Source of the DNA: Candidatus Methylomirabilis oxygeniifera
GTDB taxonomy: Bacteria > Methylomirabilota > Methylomirabilia > Methylomirabilales > Methylomirabilaceae
Assembly (NCBI GenBank): GCA_000091165.1
Contig: FP565575.1
Coordinates: 780,001 to 812,000, forward strand
DNA: 32,000 bases
Direction of reading: 5' to 3'
Shown here: in pieces, positions 9,180 to 18,330 of the stretch
Position numbering within the stretch: the first letter of the stretch is position 1
How the letters are laid out: each line of letters starts with the position of its first letter
Notes under the pieces: model-generated
Told to the model about the DNA's origin: nothing
What the model saw: the letters and a program-made list of their open reading frames with translations, nothing else
Database searches by the model: none
Position numbers and translations under genes: made by a program

Positions 9180-10439
9180 ATGACAGGGAGTCCTGTGATC
9201 TCAACCCATAATGTCGTTCGAGAACGTATGGATACTTTTATCGTCGTATGCGATAGGGACATTAAGCTACTACGACATTTCTTCTTGAGTTACGAACTCT
9301 TTTTCAGATCACCCGGAAGGATTTATCTCTTTATCTCAAGGAAAGATAAACCTCTGTTAGATCTTGTGCGAAAACCCAAGAATCTTGTGGTGTTGTACAA
9401 AGATGATGTGCCGGACTTGGGCGAAGATGATTTCCGTAATCAGATGTACTTGAAAATGATTGCGGACCGCTATGTGGAAACGGACTGGTTCTGGGTTCCA
9501 GATGCGGACTATCTTATTTGCTCTCCAATTCAAGCCTCTGACTTTATGAGGAGCAAAGTCCATGGCCCCTTGTGGTTTTATCGGAATTGGGATGGTGGTC
9601 CGCCAGAACAATCTTGGCGACAAGGATCCGAGCGGTTTTTGAGAGAAACGATCCCTTTTCTTTTCATGGATGCGGCAGAATATATTATGAATAAAAATAT
9701 ACTGGTCAATTTTAGAGAACTCCATGATCTGGACGACCTGCTGGTTCCTTCTCTAAAGACAAGTGAATTTATTGTGTATGGCGCCTTTGCCCACAGGTTG
9801 TATCACGATTACTATAAATGGATCGATCTTGACAGTGACTCACAAACAAGCTTGGCCTACAAGGTGAACCAGCGCCCACCAACGTATTGCGAACTGGATG
9901 AAGACGTCAATTTATCTTCGATGGGTAGCGCAAAGTATGCGGTTTTCTGGTCTCACTGGGATAAATCCGAGCAGAAAATGGTGGAATTTCTCATTGACGC
10001 ACAGATTCGTGAATTCGGGGAAGTGCGAGTTGAGCCCGACACTCAACCCTTATACCTTGCACTCAAAACTGGCAGCTTATCACGCGATGACTTTATTGCT
10101 ATTGGCGGAGCATATTCGGACGGTTGGGTAAAAACGGAGTCGGCGTTCCATCTTACGGTTCCTATGCCTTGCGAACTTGTACTCAAGCTTGAGGTGCCGT
10201 TGTGTTTGGCGCATAACACAACGAGGTTATCTCTTCAAGCAGACGACACGGTTCGAAATTTTACGTTCACCAAGAGACATCATATGTTGCGCATTCCCCT
10301 TAAGTCAGACATCGATAACATTGTTCGCTTGAATTTCTTCGGGGGGATAGCAGAACCTAACGGTGGGCGAAGATTGTATGCTCAACTTACCCAAATGTTT
10401 GTACAGCCGTATGGCTGGAATCCACTGCGGCGAACCTAA
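9180..10439 (+). CDS. hypothetical protein, possible GT-A-like (DxD) transferase, with C-terminal DGW module
   Basis: Long ORF in AT-richer DNA. The ATG at 9180 lies about 9 nt after AAAGAGAGG; the track GTG at 9171 is an alternative. Contains FIVVCDRD... and WFWVPDADYLI (DxD-like). C-terminus: YSDGWVKTESAFHL ... GGRRLYAQL. The catalytic assignment is weak. Confidence 0.6.
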   Translation: MTGSPVISTHNVVRERMDTFIVVCDRDIKLLRHFFLSYELFFRSPGRIYLFISRKDKPLLDLVRKPKNLVVLYKDDVPDLGEDDFRNQMYLKMIADRYVETDWFWVPDADYLICSPIQASDFMRSKVHGPLWFYRNWDGGPPEQSWRQGSERFLRETIPFLFMDAAEYIMNKNILVNFRELHDLDDLLVPSLKTSEFIVYGAFAHRLYHDYYKWIDLDSDSQTSLAYKVNQRPPTYCELDEDVNLSSMGSAKYAVFWSHWDKSEQKMVEFLIDAQIREFGEVRVEPDTQPLYLALKTGSLSRDDFIAIGGAYSDGWVKTESAFHLTVPMPCELVLKLEVPLCLAHNTTRLSLQADDTVRNFTFTKRHHMLRIPLKSDIDNIVRLNFFGGIAEPNGGRRLYAQLTQMFVQPYGWNPLRRT

Positions 10440-10451
10440 AGGATTCTAAAT

Positions 10452-13259
10452 ATGATGGCATTTTCGATAACACTTCTTTTATTTCTGTATTTCGCGATCG
10501 TTGGTTATGCGATGTTACAAGCATTTCCATCAAGGCTTAAGCCTGCGCTCAACTTACTCATTGCCCCAGCAATCGGTCTGTGCGCGACACTATTGCCGGT
10601 GTTCTACCTTAACCGGTTCGGTATGCCGGTGAAGAGTTTTTCAATATACCTTACTTTAGCTCTTCTTACATTGTCGGCACTTGTCTTATTCAACAATAGA
10701 CCGATCATAGCAAGGCGAAGAGTTGTGGTCGTTTCGGTTTTAGGTCTTCTGATATTGCTGCTGACCTCATGGCCGATGCTGTTCTACGGATTGGATTGGG
10801 TGGCCGTAGGTAATGATGATATGGCGAACTACTGCCTTGCGGCGCAACGGTTCTATCATGAGGGTTTTTTTGATAAGCCGGACATTCTACATATTAAAAA
10901 TGGGTCAAATTACTCGCAGGCATATTGGTTTATGCATGTTGCAGGCGGAGTAAGGCCAGGCAGTGAATTGATGCTTGCATGGGCATGGAGTGTCACCGGC
11001 ATTGAGGCGCCCAGAATCTTTATGTCGGTAATCTCCACATTGCATCTTTGTCTGGCTTTTGCTGTTTCGGGTCTGGCGGCAATGGCAACAAAAAGAAGAC
11101 GGGTATGGCAGATTGCATTGCTGCTATTTGCCATAAACCCACTATCGTCTTGGGGAGTGCATCAACAATTAATTGGTCAGGTTGGAGGCCTCCTGTTGCT
11201 GGTTGTGTCAATAAGCTTACTGTTTCGCGACGCCAGACAATCTACTCCCGGCACAACCATCAGAGGCTTAGTTGTGCCGGTAATGACGATTGGCGGATTG
11301 TTAATCTGGTACCCGGAAGGGTTACCCTTTTTGGGATTGAGCTGGATCATTTTCTTGATTGCAAGCGTGTTGTTTTTGAGGCGTTCCATTCGACCGATTG
11401 TGGTCTATGCCCTAATCCTTGGGGCGCTTGTGATTCTGGCGTTACCTCAATACGGTATCAGCGCCGTTAAATTCATGTTGGCTCAATCGAGATCGGTTGG
11501 AGCAGGAGTAAAAGGTGACCCGACCGGATTATTGTTTCCATATTTTTTGGTTCCAACTGGAATCGCCGCTTTCTGGGGACTTATTCCCGTTCATAGAGGT
11601 ATACCTTCTGAGCCTATAGCCTCCTCGGTTTTTATCGTGGCGCTCACACTTATGTTGTTGCTTGGAAGGCTGCTAGTCAGAGGTATAAAGGAGAAGAACC
11701 CCAGCGCTTGCGTGTTGGTCGTCATGTGCATATTGGCGTTGGCTCTTTACGGAAACATGAACGACTTCGGCTTATATAAGCTTGCCATGTATGCGCAGCC
11801 GTTCGTCATCGCTCTACTGGCATCCTCGTTTCATCAGATCACCCTCAGGCCAATGTGGGTGTTATATCTACTCCTGGTTGTCGTGCTACCCCCTCAGATA
11901 GTTAGCCAATTTTCCTATACGTACAGATCAACAGGAGAAGCACCTGGTAGCGCAGTTGAAATCCAGCACGGATCATCAAAAAAGGTGCTGAGCCAGCTTA
12001 AGACTTTCTTTGAGCGGCTTACCGTAGAATCTTCCAACAAGAACGAACAATTTGTATCGCCGGTTGATAATGTTGTTCTCGCAAAATTGATGGCATTCTA
12101 TTCTCGTGGGTTACAAATCATCTTCACCTCACGAGACTTTTTTGGAGGGATAGCCTCGTTTGCGGATACGCCGGTTCTTTATTCCGAGTATTCTAAGGAC
12201 CGGATGAGAGTCGAATCTTCTTTATATACTGGAAGGAAAATATACCTGGATGGCCAGGAAGTAAATTTCTTTGTGCCATCCGTGCTCAATTCAAGGGCGG
12301 AAGGATTTAGAACTATTGTTGCGTGCAACCAGGGAGCTATTTCGTCGCCTTGTAGTGGTGCGTTACACATTTTAGATTCTAAAGAGACGAGCCCCGTGAG
12401 CTTTATACATTCAGATATTGGCAGCCACTACTACTCGGGCAATAGAAAGAATGCTTCGTTCTTTCAGGCTGAATCGGATATATATTTTCCGGGTGTGTTT
12501 CATTCTTTTGGACGTTATGCGTTAATTCAGGCGCTCGGCGATATTGATAATGCGAGATTCGTATTTGATCTGAGCGGAACGCTTCAGAAGAAACGAGGCG
12601 CGTCGCTCGCAACTGTTACTATCAGCACCGAAAAGACCTCTGCGCCTTTCCGATTTGTTGGCAGAGGATCCGGCCGAATATATAGTGATCCCATTGATCT
12701 GAAGTCATTTGAATACCTGTTGATAGATATGAATATCGTTCCGGAGACATTTCGTAGCAAGAAAACGTTACTCAGATTTGTGTACGGTAGTGACGTATTA
12801 ATCGATATGAGACGTCTTACTCACTTTGTTCGAAAATTTGGAGTACTGGCGAATACGGAGTACCAGGCGCTGAAGCCGCCTCATGCGCTCTCCAAATTCC
12901 CCGCGAATCTCGCTGATCCTGGGCTGGAATATTCCGGCCTCTACGAAGACGGCTGGATTTCCGAACGCTCGTTTTTCGTACTCACCCCCAAGCCGGATAC
13001 TCGCTATCTGGTGATTAAGGGTATGGTGCCGCAGATTGACGCACCAGACTTTCGCAACACGCTAACGGTGAGTATTGATGGTCGGGAAGTCGTCAAACAG
13101 CCCCTTGGCCTTGGTACCTTCGAAGTCAAGGCGCCGGTCTCGGTAAACGGCCAACGTCACCGAATAGATCTTGCCTTCGACCGCTACCAGGTGCTACCTG
13201 GCGCGGATGGACGTCCGACGAGCGGTAAGGTTGCATTCATTGGTTTCACGAGGGATTGA
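10452..13259 (+). CDS. large polytopic membrane protein (about 14 TM) with soluble C-terminal half; candidate GT-C-type glycosyltransferase or glycan polymerase
   Basis: Residues 1 to about 480 form consecutive hydrophobic helices. There is an acidic loop motif after TM4 (GLDWVAVGNDDMANY), as in GT-C first-loop DxD/DD motifs. The soluble domain is about 450 aa and ends with the YEDGWISERSFFVL ... module. AAGGA sits 9 nt upstream of the ATG. Confidence 0.75.
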   Translation: MMAFSITLLLFLYFAIVGYAMLQAFPSRLKPALNLLIAPAIGLCATLLPVFYLNRFGMPVKSFSIYLTLALLTLSALVLFNNRPIIARRRVVVVSVLGLLILLLTSWPMLFYGLDWVAVGNDDMANYCLAAQRFYHEGFFDKPDILHIKNGSNYSQAYWFMHVAGGVRPGSELMLAWAWSVTGIEAPRIFMSVISTLHLCLAFAVSGLAAMATKRRRVWQIALLLFAINPLSSWGVHQQLIGQVGGLLLLVVSISLLFRDARQSTPGTTIRGLVVPVMTIGGLLIWYPEGLPFLGLSWIIFLIASVLFLRRSIRPIVVYALILGALVILALPQYGISAVKFMLAQSRSVGAGVKGDPTGLLFPYFLVPTGIAAFWGLIPVHRGIPSEPIASSVFIVALTLMLLLGRLLVRGIKEKNPSACVLVVMCILALALYGNMNDFGLYKLAMYAQPFVIALLASSFHQITLRPMWVLYLLLVVVLPPQIVSQFSYTYRSTGEAPGSAVEIQHGSSKKVLSQLKTFFERLTVESSNKNEQFVSPVDNVVLAKLMAFYSRGLQIIFTSRDFFGGIASFADTPVLYSEYSKDRMRVESSLYTGRKIYLDGQEVNFFVPSVLNSRAEGFRTIVACNQGAISSPCSGALHILDSKETSPVSFIHSDIGSHYYSGNRKNASFFQAESDIYFPGVFHSFGRYALIQALGDIDNARFVFDLSGTLQKKRGASLATVTISTEKTSAPFRFVGRGSGRIYSDPIDLKSFEYLLIDMNIVPETFRSKKTLLRFVYGSDVLIDMRRLTHFVRKFGVLANTEYQALKPPHALSKFPANLADPGLEYSGLYEDGWISERSFFVLTPKPDTRYLVIKGMVPQIDAPDFRNTLTVSIDGREVVKQPLGLGTFEVKAPVSVNGQRHRIDLAFDRYQVLPGADGRPTSGKVAFIGFTRD

Positions 13260-13260
13260 T

Positions 13261-13998
13261 ATGAACACAACCACACTTTCGAATTCTTGGCCCAAGTCGC
13301 TTCCGGTACTGAGTGAAGAGCAAGAACGGATTCGTAAAGATTTCATGAATCATTGGCTCGAAGTCTTACCAAATCGCTATGGGTTGATTGAGAAATTCAA
13401 TCACCAATATCCGCTTCGGACGTTAGCCGCTGGAGTCAGAACCCTCGAGATCGGTGCTGGTCTAGGCGCACACCTGCGTTTTGAAAATCTGGAGATACAG
13501 CGAGAATATGTCGCACTTGAATTGCAACCCGAATTGGCAAAGATTATAGATGCCTCCTATCCAGCGGTCCGTGTGGCTGTCGCGGATTGCCAGGAACAGA
13601 TTGATTTCTCAGATGGCCACTTTGATCGGATACTGGCCATTCACGTACTGGAGCACCTGCCCAACCTACCGAAAGCGCTGAACCAGATGCAGCGTTTATT
13701 GAGTCCGACTGGTTTCTTTTCCGTCGTTATTCCCTGTGAGGGTGGGCTGGCGTATAGGATGGCGCGAAATATTTCAGCCCGCCGGATTTTCGAAAAACGT
13801 TATAAGCAGAGTTATGATTGGTTCGTGGCATGCGAACATATCAACTTACCCGATGAGATTCTTTCTGAGCTGCGTTCCCGTTTCTCGATCATCCACCAAG
13901 CGTATTGGCCTCTCGGGATTCCGATTGTCAACTTCAATCTCGCTATAGGGTTAACATTGACGCATCTCACTCCTCCCAAGGCAACGAGTTGCAAATGA
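13261..13998 (+). CDS. class I SAM-dependent methyltransferase
   Basis: Motif I VRTLEIGAGLGAH and post-I/II FDRILAIHVLEHLPN...LLSPTGFFSVVIP. The ATG lies 1 nt after the upstream TGA, so the longer track ORF from 13171 is unlikely. Confidence 0.85.
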   Translation: MNTTTLSNSWPKSLPVLSEEQERIRKDFMNHWLEVLPNRYGLIEKFNHQYPLRTLAAGVRTLEIGAGLGAHLRFENLEIQREYVALELQPELAKIIDASYPAVRVAVADCQEQIDFSDGHFDRILAIHVLEHLPNLPKALNQMQRLLSPTGFFSVVIPCEGGLAYRMARNISARRIFEKRYKQSYDWFVACEHINLPDEILSELRSRFSIIHQAYWPLGIPIVNFNLAIGLTLTHLTPPKATSCK

Positions 13999-14936
13999 CC
14001 TCAGATAAGCCAGACCTCTCGGTTGTGGTGCCGGTATATAAAGAAGAGGCGAATGTCCCGCCTTTTCTCGAGCGGCTTGAGGCAGTCCTCAAGCGAATGG
14101 GGGGGTCCTATGAGATTCTCTTCTGTCTTGATCCATCTCCGGATAGGACAGAAGAGGTGATCATGCGGGCTATTGATCGTAATCCGAACATTAAGCTCCT
14201 TGTATTTTCCCGGCGATTCGGCCAGCCGGCGGCCACGATGGCAGGTCTCCTGATGTGCCATGGAGCGAGCTGCGCGGTGATTGATGTGGACTTGCAGGAT
14301 CCTCCCGAATTGATCGGCGACATGTACAAGAAGCTCCTGGATGGGTACGAGGTGGTATATGCCAAGAGACGATCGCGCAAAGGCGAGACCCTGATAAAAC
14401 GCATAGTGGCGAGAATGGGATACTGGCTGATTGCCAGGCTGAGCGACGTGGAGATCCCGCGTGATACGGGTGATTTCCGCATCATGACGCGCCGGGTGAT
14501 CGAGGAGTTGCGACGTTTGAATGAGATGCACGGGTTTCTACGTGGGCTGGTGGCATATGTGGGGTTTAGGCAGACGTTCATAGAGTACGATCGCGACGAA
14601 CGGGCTCATGGGCAGGGTAATTACAATCGCTTTGTGGGTTCGCTGAAGATCGGGCTCAACGGTCTCATTAGCTTCAGCAGCAAGCCTTTGCAGTTGATGT
14701 CCATCACCGGCGCTCTGTTCGCCGGATTCAGTTTTCTGTTGGGTGCCTGGTATGTTTTACAGAAGCTGATCGGCGTTGCGCTTACGCCCGGACTGTCCAC
14801 CACCGTACTGGTCGTCTCGTTTTTTGCAGGAATACAGCTTCTATCTCTGGGACTCATGGGAGAGTACATCGGACGGATCTACGACGAGGTCAAGCGTCGC
14901 CCGATGTTTATCATCGATCGAAAAATCAATTTCTGA
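13995..14936 (+). CDS. GT2 polyprenyl-phosphate glycosyltransferase (GtrB / ArnC / DPM1-like)
   Basis: LSVVVPVYKEEANV, VIDVDLQDPPE and RDTGDFRIM motifs, plus two C-terminal TM helices (LMSITGALFAGFSFLLGAWYVL and TTVLVVSFFAGIQLLSLGLMGEY), the classic GtrB architecture. The ATGA overlap with the methyltransferase stop suggests translational coupling. Confidence 0.85.
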   Translation: MTSDKPDLSVVVPVYKEEANVPPFLERLEAVLKRMGGSYEILFCLDPSPDRTEEVIMRAIDRNPNIKLLVFSRRFGQPAATMAGLLMCHGASCAVIDVDLQDPPELIGDMYKKLLDGYEVVYAKRRSRKGETLIKRIVARMGYWLIARLSDVEIPRDTGDFRIMTRRVIEELRRLNEMHGFLRGLVAYVGFRQTFIEYDRDERAHGQGNYNRFVGSLKIGLNGLISFSSKPLQLMSITGALFAGFSFLLGAWYVLQKLIGVALTPGLSTTVLVVSFFAGIQLLSLGLMGEYIGRIYDEVKRRPMFIIDRKINF

Positions 14937-14952
14937 GAGTGGAGATCAGCGC

Positions 14953-15909
14953 TTGCGTTACTTCGTTACAGGAGCGGCCGGCTTTATCGGGAGCAACCTG
15001 ATAGATCGATTACTTCTCGATGGCCATGAGGTAGTGGGTTACGATAATTTCTCTACTGGGCAGCCAGAGTTTCTGGCGGGGGCACAGCAGTCGACCTTTT
15101 TCAACCTCGTGTCTGGCGATACACTCGATCAGGAGTATTTGATTCGGGCAATGAAGGGCGCAGATTTTGTCGTCCATCTGGCAGCCAATGCGGATGTGCG
15201 TTTCGGTATGGACCACCCGCGTAAGGACTTAGAACACAATACGATTGCCACCTTCAATGTATTGGAAGCAATGCGCGCCAATGATATTCGCCGAATTGCC
15301 TTTTCTTCCACAGGCTCCATTTACGGTGAGCCGGACATCTTTCCTACACCCGAAGACGCACCCTTCCCCATCCAAACATCGCTCTATGGCGCGTCCAAGT
15401 TGGCCGCTGAAGGGCTGATTGCAGCTTACTGTGAAGGATTTGGTTTTCAGGGGTATATCTTTCGCTTCGTGTCCATCTTGGGCGAACGTTACACGCACGG
15501 ACATGTCTTTGACTTTTACAAGCAACTGCGCGACCATCCCGACACACTACACGTGCTGGGGAACGGCAAGCAACGCAAGTCATACCTGTACGTGCGGGAT
15601 TGTATTGACGCCATGCTTCTAGCGATCGAGCAGGCGCAAGGCAAGATCAACATTTTCAATCTGGGTACAGACGAATATTGTCAGGTGAATGATTCTATCG
15701 GCTGGATTTGCGAATACTTGGGCATTTCTCCGCACCTCATATATGCAGGCGGTGAACGCGGATGGGTGGGGGACAGCCCGTTCATCTTTCTGGACTGCTC
15801 AAGAATCAGGGCGTTAGGCTGGAGGCCACAGTTGACCATTCGTGAGGGTATTATTAGAACGTTGCAATACTTGGAACAGAATCCATCGACTCTGGAACGA
15901 CGGCACTAG
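14953..15909 (+). CDS. NAD-dependent epimerase/dehydratase (extended SDR) acting on a nucleotide sugar
   Basis: VTGAAGFIGSNL Rossmann motif at the N-terminus and catalytic YGASKLAAE. TTG at 14953 is the only start that avoids a long overlap, and GGAG lies 8 nt upstream. Confidence 0.8.
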   Translation: MRYFVTGAAGFIGSNLIDRLLLDGHEVVGYDNFSTGQPEFLAGAQQSTFFNLVSGDTLDQEYLIRAMKGADFVVHLAANADVRFGMDHPRKDLEHNTIATFNVLEAMRANDIRRIAFSSTGSIYGEPDIFPTPEDAPFPIQTSLYGASKLAAEGLIAAYCEGFGFQGYIFRFVSILGERYTHGHVFDFYKQLRDHPDTLHVLGNGKQRKSYLYVRDCIDAMLLAIEQAQGKINIFNLGTDEYCQVNDSIGWICEYLGISPHLIYAGGERGWVGDSPFIFLDCSRIRALGWRPQLTIREGIIRTLQYLEQNPSTLERRH

Positions 15910-15919
15910 ACTCGTCTCT

Positions 15920-16825
15920 ATGTCCCAATATTCGGATCAGTATCATATGACAGCGCATGGAAACTCTTTGGCTGGGAAAGCCGCTGTTATCACTGGTGCA
16001 TCACGGGGCCTGGGGGCGGACATTGCGCGCGCGTTGTGGCGGAATAGATCGAACCTTTTACTCGTCGCTAGATCACAAGATGGATTGATTAAGCTACGTG
16101 AAGAGTTGATAGCCGACGCGGAGGATGGACAGGAATTACATATCGTCGTGGCTGATCTGATGGCGGCGGATGCCGTTCCGGCAATCATCCGTGAAGCTCG
16201 TCAAGTGTGGGACAGGATTGATGTCCTTATCAATAACGCCGCGATCCTTGGGCCGATAGGTAGGGTCTGGGAAAACGATTGGCAGGAATGGCAGACGACA
16301 GTCCGCGTCAATTTATTGTCATCTATTGAACTCTGTCGCGCCTGCATCCCGTGGATGGCGGAGCGCAAATACGGTAAGATTATCAATTTGTCGGGCGGTG
16401 GAGCAACCGGCCCGCGGCCGAACTTCTCCGCATACGCAACAGCTAAGGCGGGCCTGATCAGGTTCAGTGAGACGCTTGCGATGGAAGTTCGCGACCTGAA
16501 TATTGACGTCAATTGTGTGGCGCCTGGAATGATGAATACTGCGATGACCAGGGCAGTTCTGAACGCTGGACCTGAAAAAGCCGGGGCGACAGAATATACT
16601 CAGGCAACCAGCAAGTCCGAAAGTGCCAGGCCGGATACGCATCGTGCGGCCGATCTGTGCGTTTTCCTTGCTTCCACAGCCAGCGATGGGATTACGGGAA
16701 AATTGATCAGCGCGGTATGGGATCCGTGGGAAACGCTTCCGGACCATATTGAGGACTTGAAGGACGCAGATATTTATACCCTACGCCGGATTGTGCCCAA
16801 GGATCGCGGCCAGGACTGGGGATGA
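15920..16825 (+). CDS. classical SDR-family oxidoreductase
   Basis: GKAAVITGASRGLG, NNAA and YATAKAG (YxxxK) motifs. Start at ATG 15920 (alternative 15947). Confidence 0.85.
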   Translation: MSQYSDQYHMTAHGNSLAGKAAVITGASRGLGADIARALWRNRSNLLLVARSQDGLIKLREELIADAEDGQELHIVVADLMAADAVPAIIREARQVWDRIDVLINNAAILGPIGRVWENDWQEWQTTVRVNLLSSIELCRACIPWMAERKYGKIINLSGGGATGPRPNFSAYATAKAGLIRFSETLAMEVRDLNIDVNCVAPGMMNTAMTRAVLNAGPEKAGATEYTQATSKSESARPDTHRAADLCVFLASTASDGITGKLISAVWDPWETLPDHIEDLKDADIYTLRRIVPKDRGQDWG

Positions 16826-16826
16826 G

Positions 16827-17804
16827 ATGAACGTTGCCATCGTCGGGTGTGGGTTAATCGGGCGCAAGCGCGCTATGGCTCTGACGGGTTGTCGGCTGGT
16901 CGCGTGCGCAGACGTTGTGGTGGAGCACGCAGAAGCGCTCGCCAGGACGATACCCGGGACCCAACCCATGACCGATTGGCGTGCATTGGTTGAACGGCAG
17001 GATGTGGATGCGGTCATCGTTTCTACTACCCACAATGCGCTGGCGGACATTACGCTGGCGGCTGTCTTGGCGGGCAAACACGTGCTTGTTGAGAAGCCTG
17101 CGGCGCACCATGCTGCGGAACTCGATCCTGTCATTGATGCGGCGGAACGTGCACAGATACTGGTGCGGGTCGGATTCAACCACCGGTATCATCCCGCTCT
17201 GCGTCAGGCGAAAGCACTTGCTGAGACCGGAGCGATTGGTGAACTTCTGTACGTGCGAGGGCGTTACGGGCACGGGGGGCGCCTCGGATATGAAAAGGAG
17301 TGGCGGGCTGATCCAGCCTTGTCGGGCGGTGGCGAGCTGATTGATCAGGGCGTCCATTTGGTTGACTTGGCCCGGTGGTTCTTGGGCGATTTCACAGACG
17401 TACACGGATTCGCTCAGACGTACTACTGGGATATGCCTGTCGAAGACAACGGTTTTATGCTCCTCAGGACGGCTAAGCAACAGGTTGCGATGCTGCACGC
17501 CAGTTGGACGGAATGGAAGAATCTCTTTTCGTTTGAGATATTCGGGCGTCAGGGGAAATTGGAGATTACCGGACTGGGCGGGAGCTACGGCACGGAGCGA
17601 CTGACGCATTATCGGATGCTCCCCGACATGGGACCGCCCGAGACGACGATATGGGAATATCCCAGGGCCGACACTTCCTGGGACGGCGAATTCACAGAGT
17701 TTGTGGAAGATATTCGTTGCGGACGCCAACCGGCCGCAAGTCTGGCGGACGCACGGGCCGCGTTAGACATTGTCCAACGCATCTATGCTGCATCTGGCGT
17801 ATAA
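16827..17804 (+). CDS. Gfo/Idh/MocA-family NAD(P)-dependent sugar oxidoreductase
   Basis: MNVAIVGCGLIGRKRA Rossmann start, EKP motif (VLVEKPAA) and GELLYVRG...GGGELIDQGVHLVDL. The ATG lies 1 nt after the SDR stop. Confidence 0.85.
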   Translation: MNVAIVGCGLIGRKRAMALTGCRLVACADVVVEHAEALARTIPGTQPMTDWRALVERQDVDAVIVSTTHNALADITLAAVLAGKHVLVEKPAAHHAAELDPVIDAAERAQILVRVGFNHRYHPALRQAKALAETGAIGELLYVRGRYGHGGRLGYEKEWRADPALSGGGELIDQGVHLVDLARWFLGDFTDVHGFAQTYYWDMPVEDNGFMLLRTAKQQVAMLHASWTEWKNLFSFEIFGRQGKLEITGLGGSYGTERLTHYRMLPDMGPPETTIWEYPRADTSWDGEFTEFVEDIRCGRQPAASLADARAALDIVQRIYAASGV

Positions 17805-17837
17805 CTGTAATAATAGAACGTCTGGGAGGTTTACACC

Positions 17838-18038
17838 ATGCTGAGCACTTTGAAAATGGAAGTACATTCTGCCGCAATCATTGCAGCGGTCAAGAGAATG
17901 AAGAAGGATGAGCGAGAGGCGTTTTTGGAAGACCTGTTGGCATCAACATCACCTGAGTATCTCGCAAGTATCAAAGAAGCTCGGCAACAATACAAAGCCC
18001 GAAAAGTGCGCACCCATGAAGAGGTCTTTGGCCGGTGA
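17838..18038 (+). CDS. putative type II antitoxin (family not recognised) paired with the RelE/ParE toxin
   Basis: 66 aa, GGGAGG 8 nt upstream of the ATG, stop overlapping the toxin GTG (GTGA). Assignment rests on position and size only. Confidence 0.55.
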   Translation: MLSTLKMEVHSAAIIAAVKRMKKDEREAFLEDLLASTSPEYLASIKEARQQYKARKVRTHEEVFGR

Positions 18039-18292
18039 TCTACCGGCTGGTTTACACTCAAAGGGCTGCGATAGACATTCAACGACTGGATCCGAAAACG
18101 AAGGAACGCGTGAGGAAAGCTCTGAGCCGATATCAAAGTGACCCGCTGAGCTATGCGGACAAATTGACGGATTCCAAACTCGGCTCCTACCGTTTTCGGA
18201 TAGGAGATTATAGAGTCGTCTTCGATCTCGAAGGAGATGAGATCGTAGTTTTGAGAATTGGACATCGAAGAGAGATTTACAGACGAGGGTAG
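18035..18292 (+). CDS. RelE/ParE-family type II toxin
   Basis: 85 aa with the signature LGSYRFRIGDYRVVFDLEGDEIVVLRIGHRREIY. Confidence 0.8.
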   Translation: MIYRLVYTQRAAIDIQRLDPKTKERVRKALSRYQSDPLSYADKLTDSKLGSYRFRIGDYRVVFDLEGDEIVVLRIGHRREIYRRG

Positions 18293-18330
18293 ATCCGCGT
18301 TTCGTTGCCGGTCTATGGAGTCGTGAGACT

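Noticed and set aside
13171-13260. N-terminal extension of the methyltransferase ORF. Similar long 5' extensions occur on the 13905, 14776, 15842 and 16791 track ORFs.
   Set aside because: Each extension overlaps the 3' end of the preceding gene by 35-180 nt. An internal start placed 1-17 nt after, or overlapping, the upstream stop gives N-termini typical of each family.
16854-17729. 291-aa ORF on the - strand.
   Set aside because: It is fully antisense to the Gfo/Idh/MocA gene, which has clear Rossmann and EKP motifs. The product is Arg/Pro/Ser-rich with no recognisable motif. Such shadow ORFs are expected in GC-rich coding DNA.
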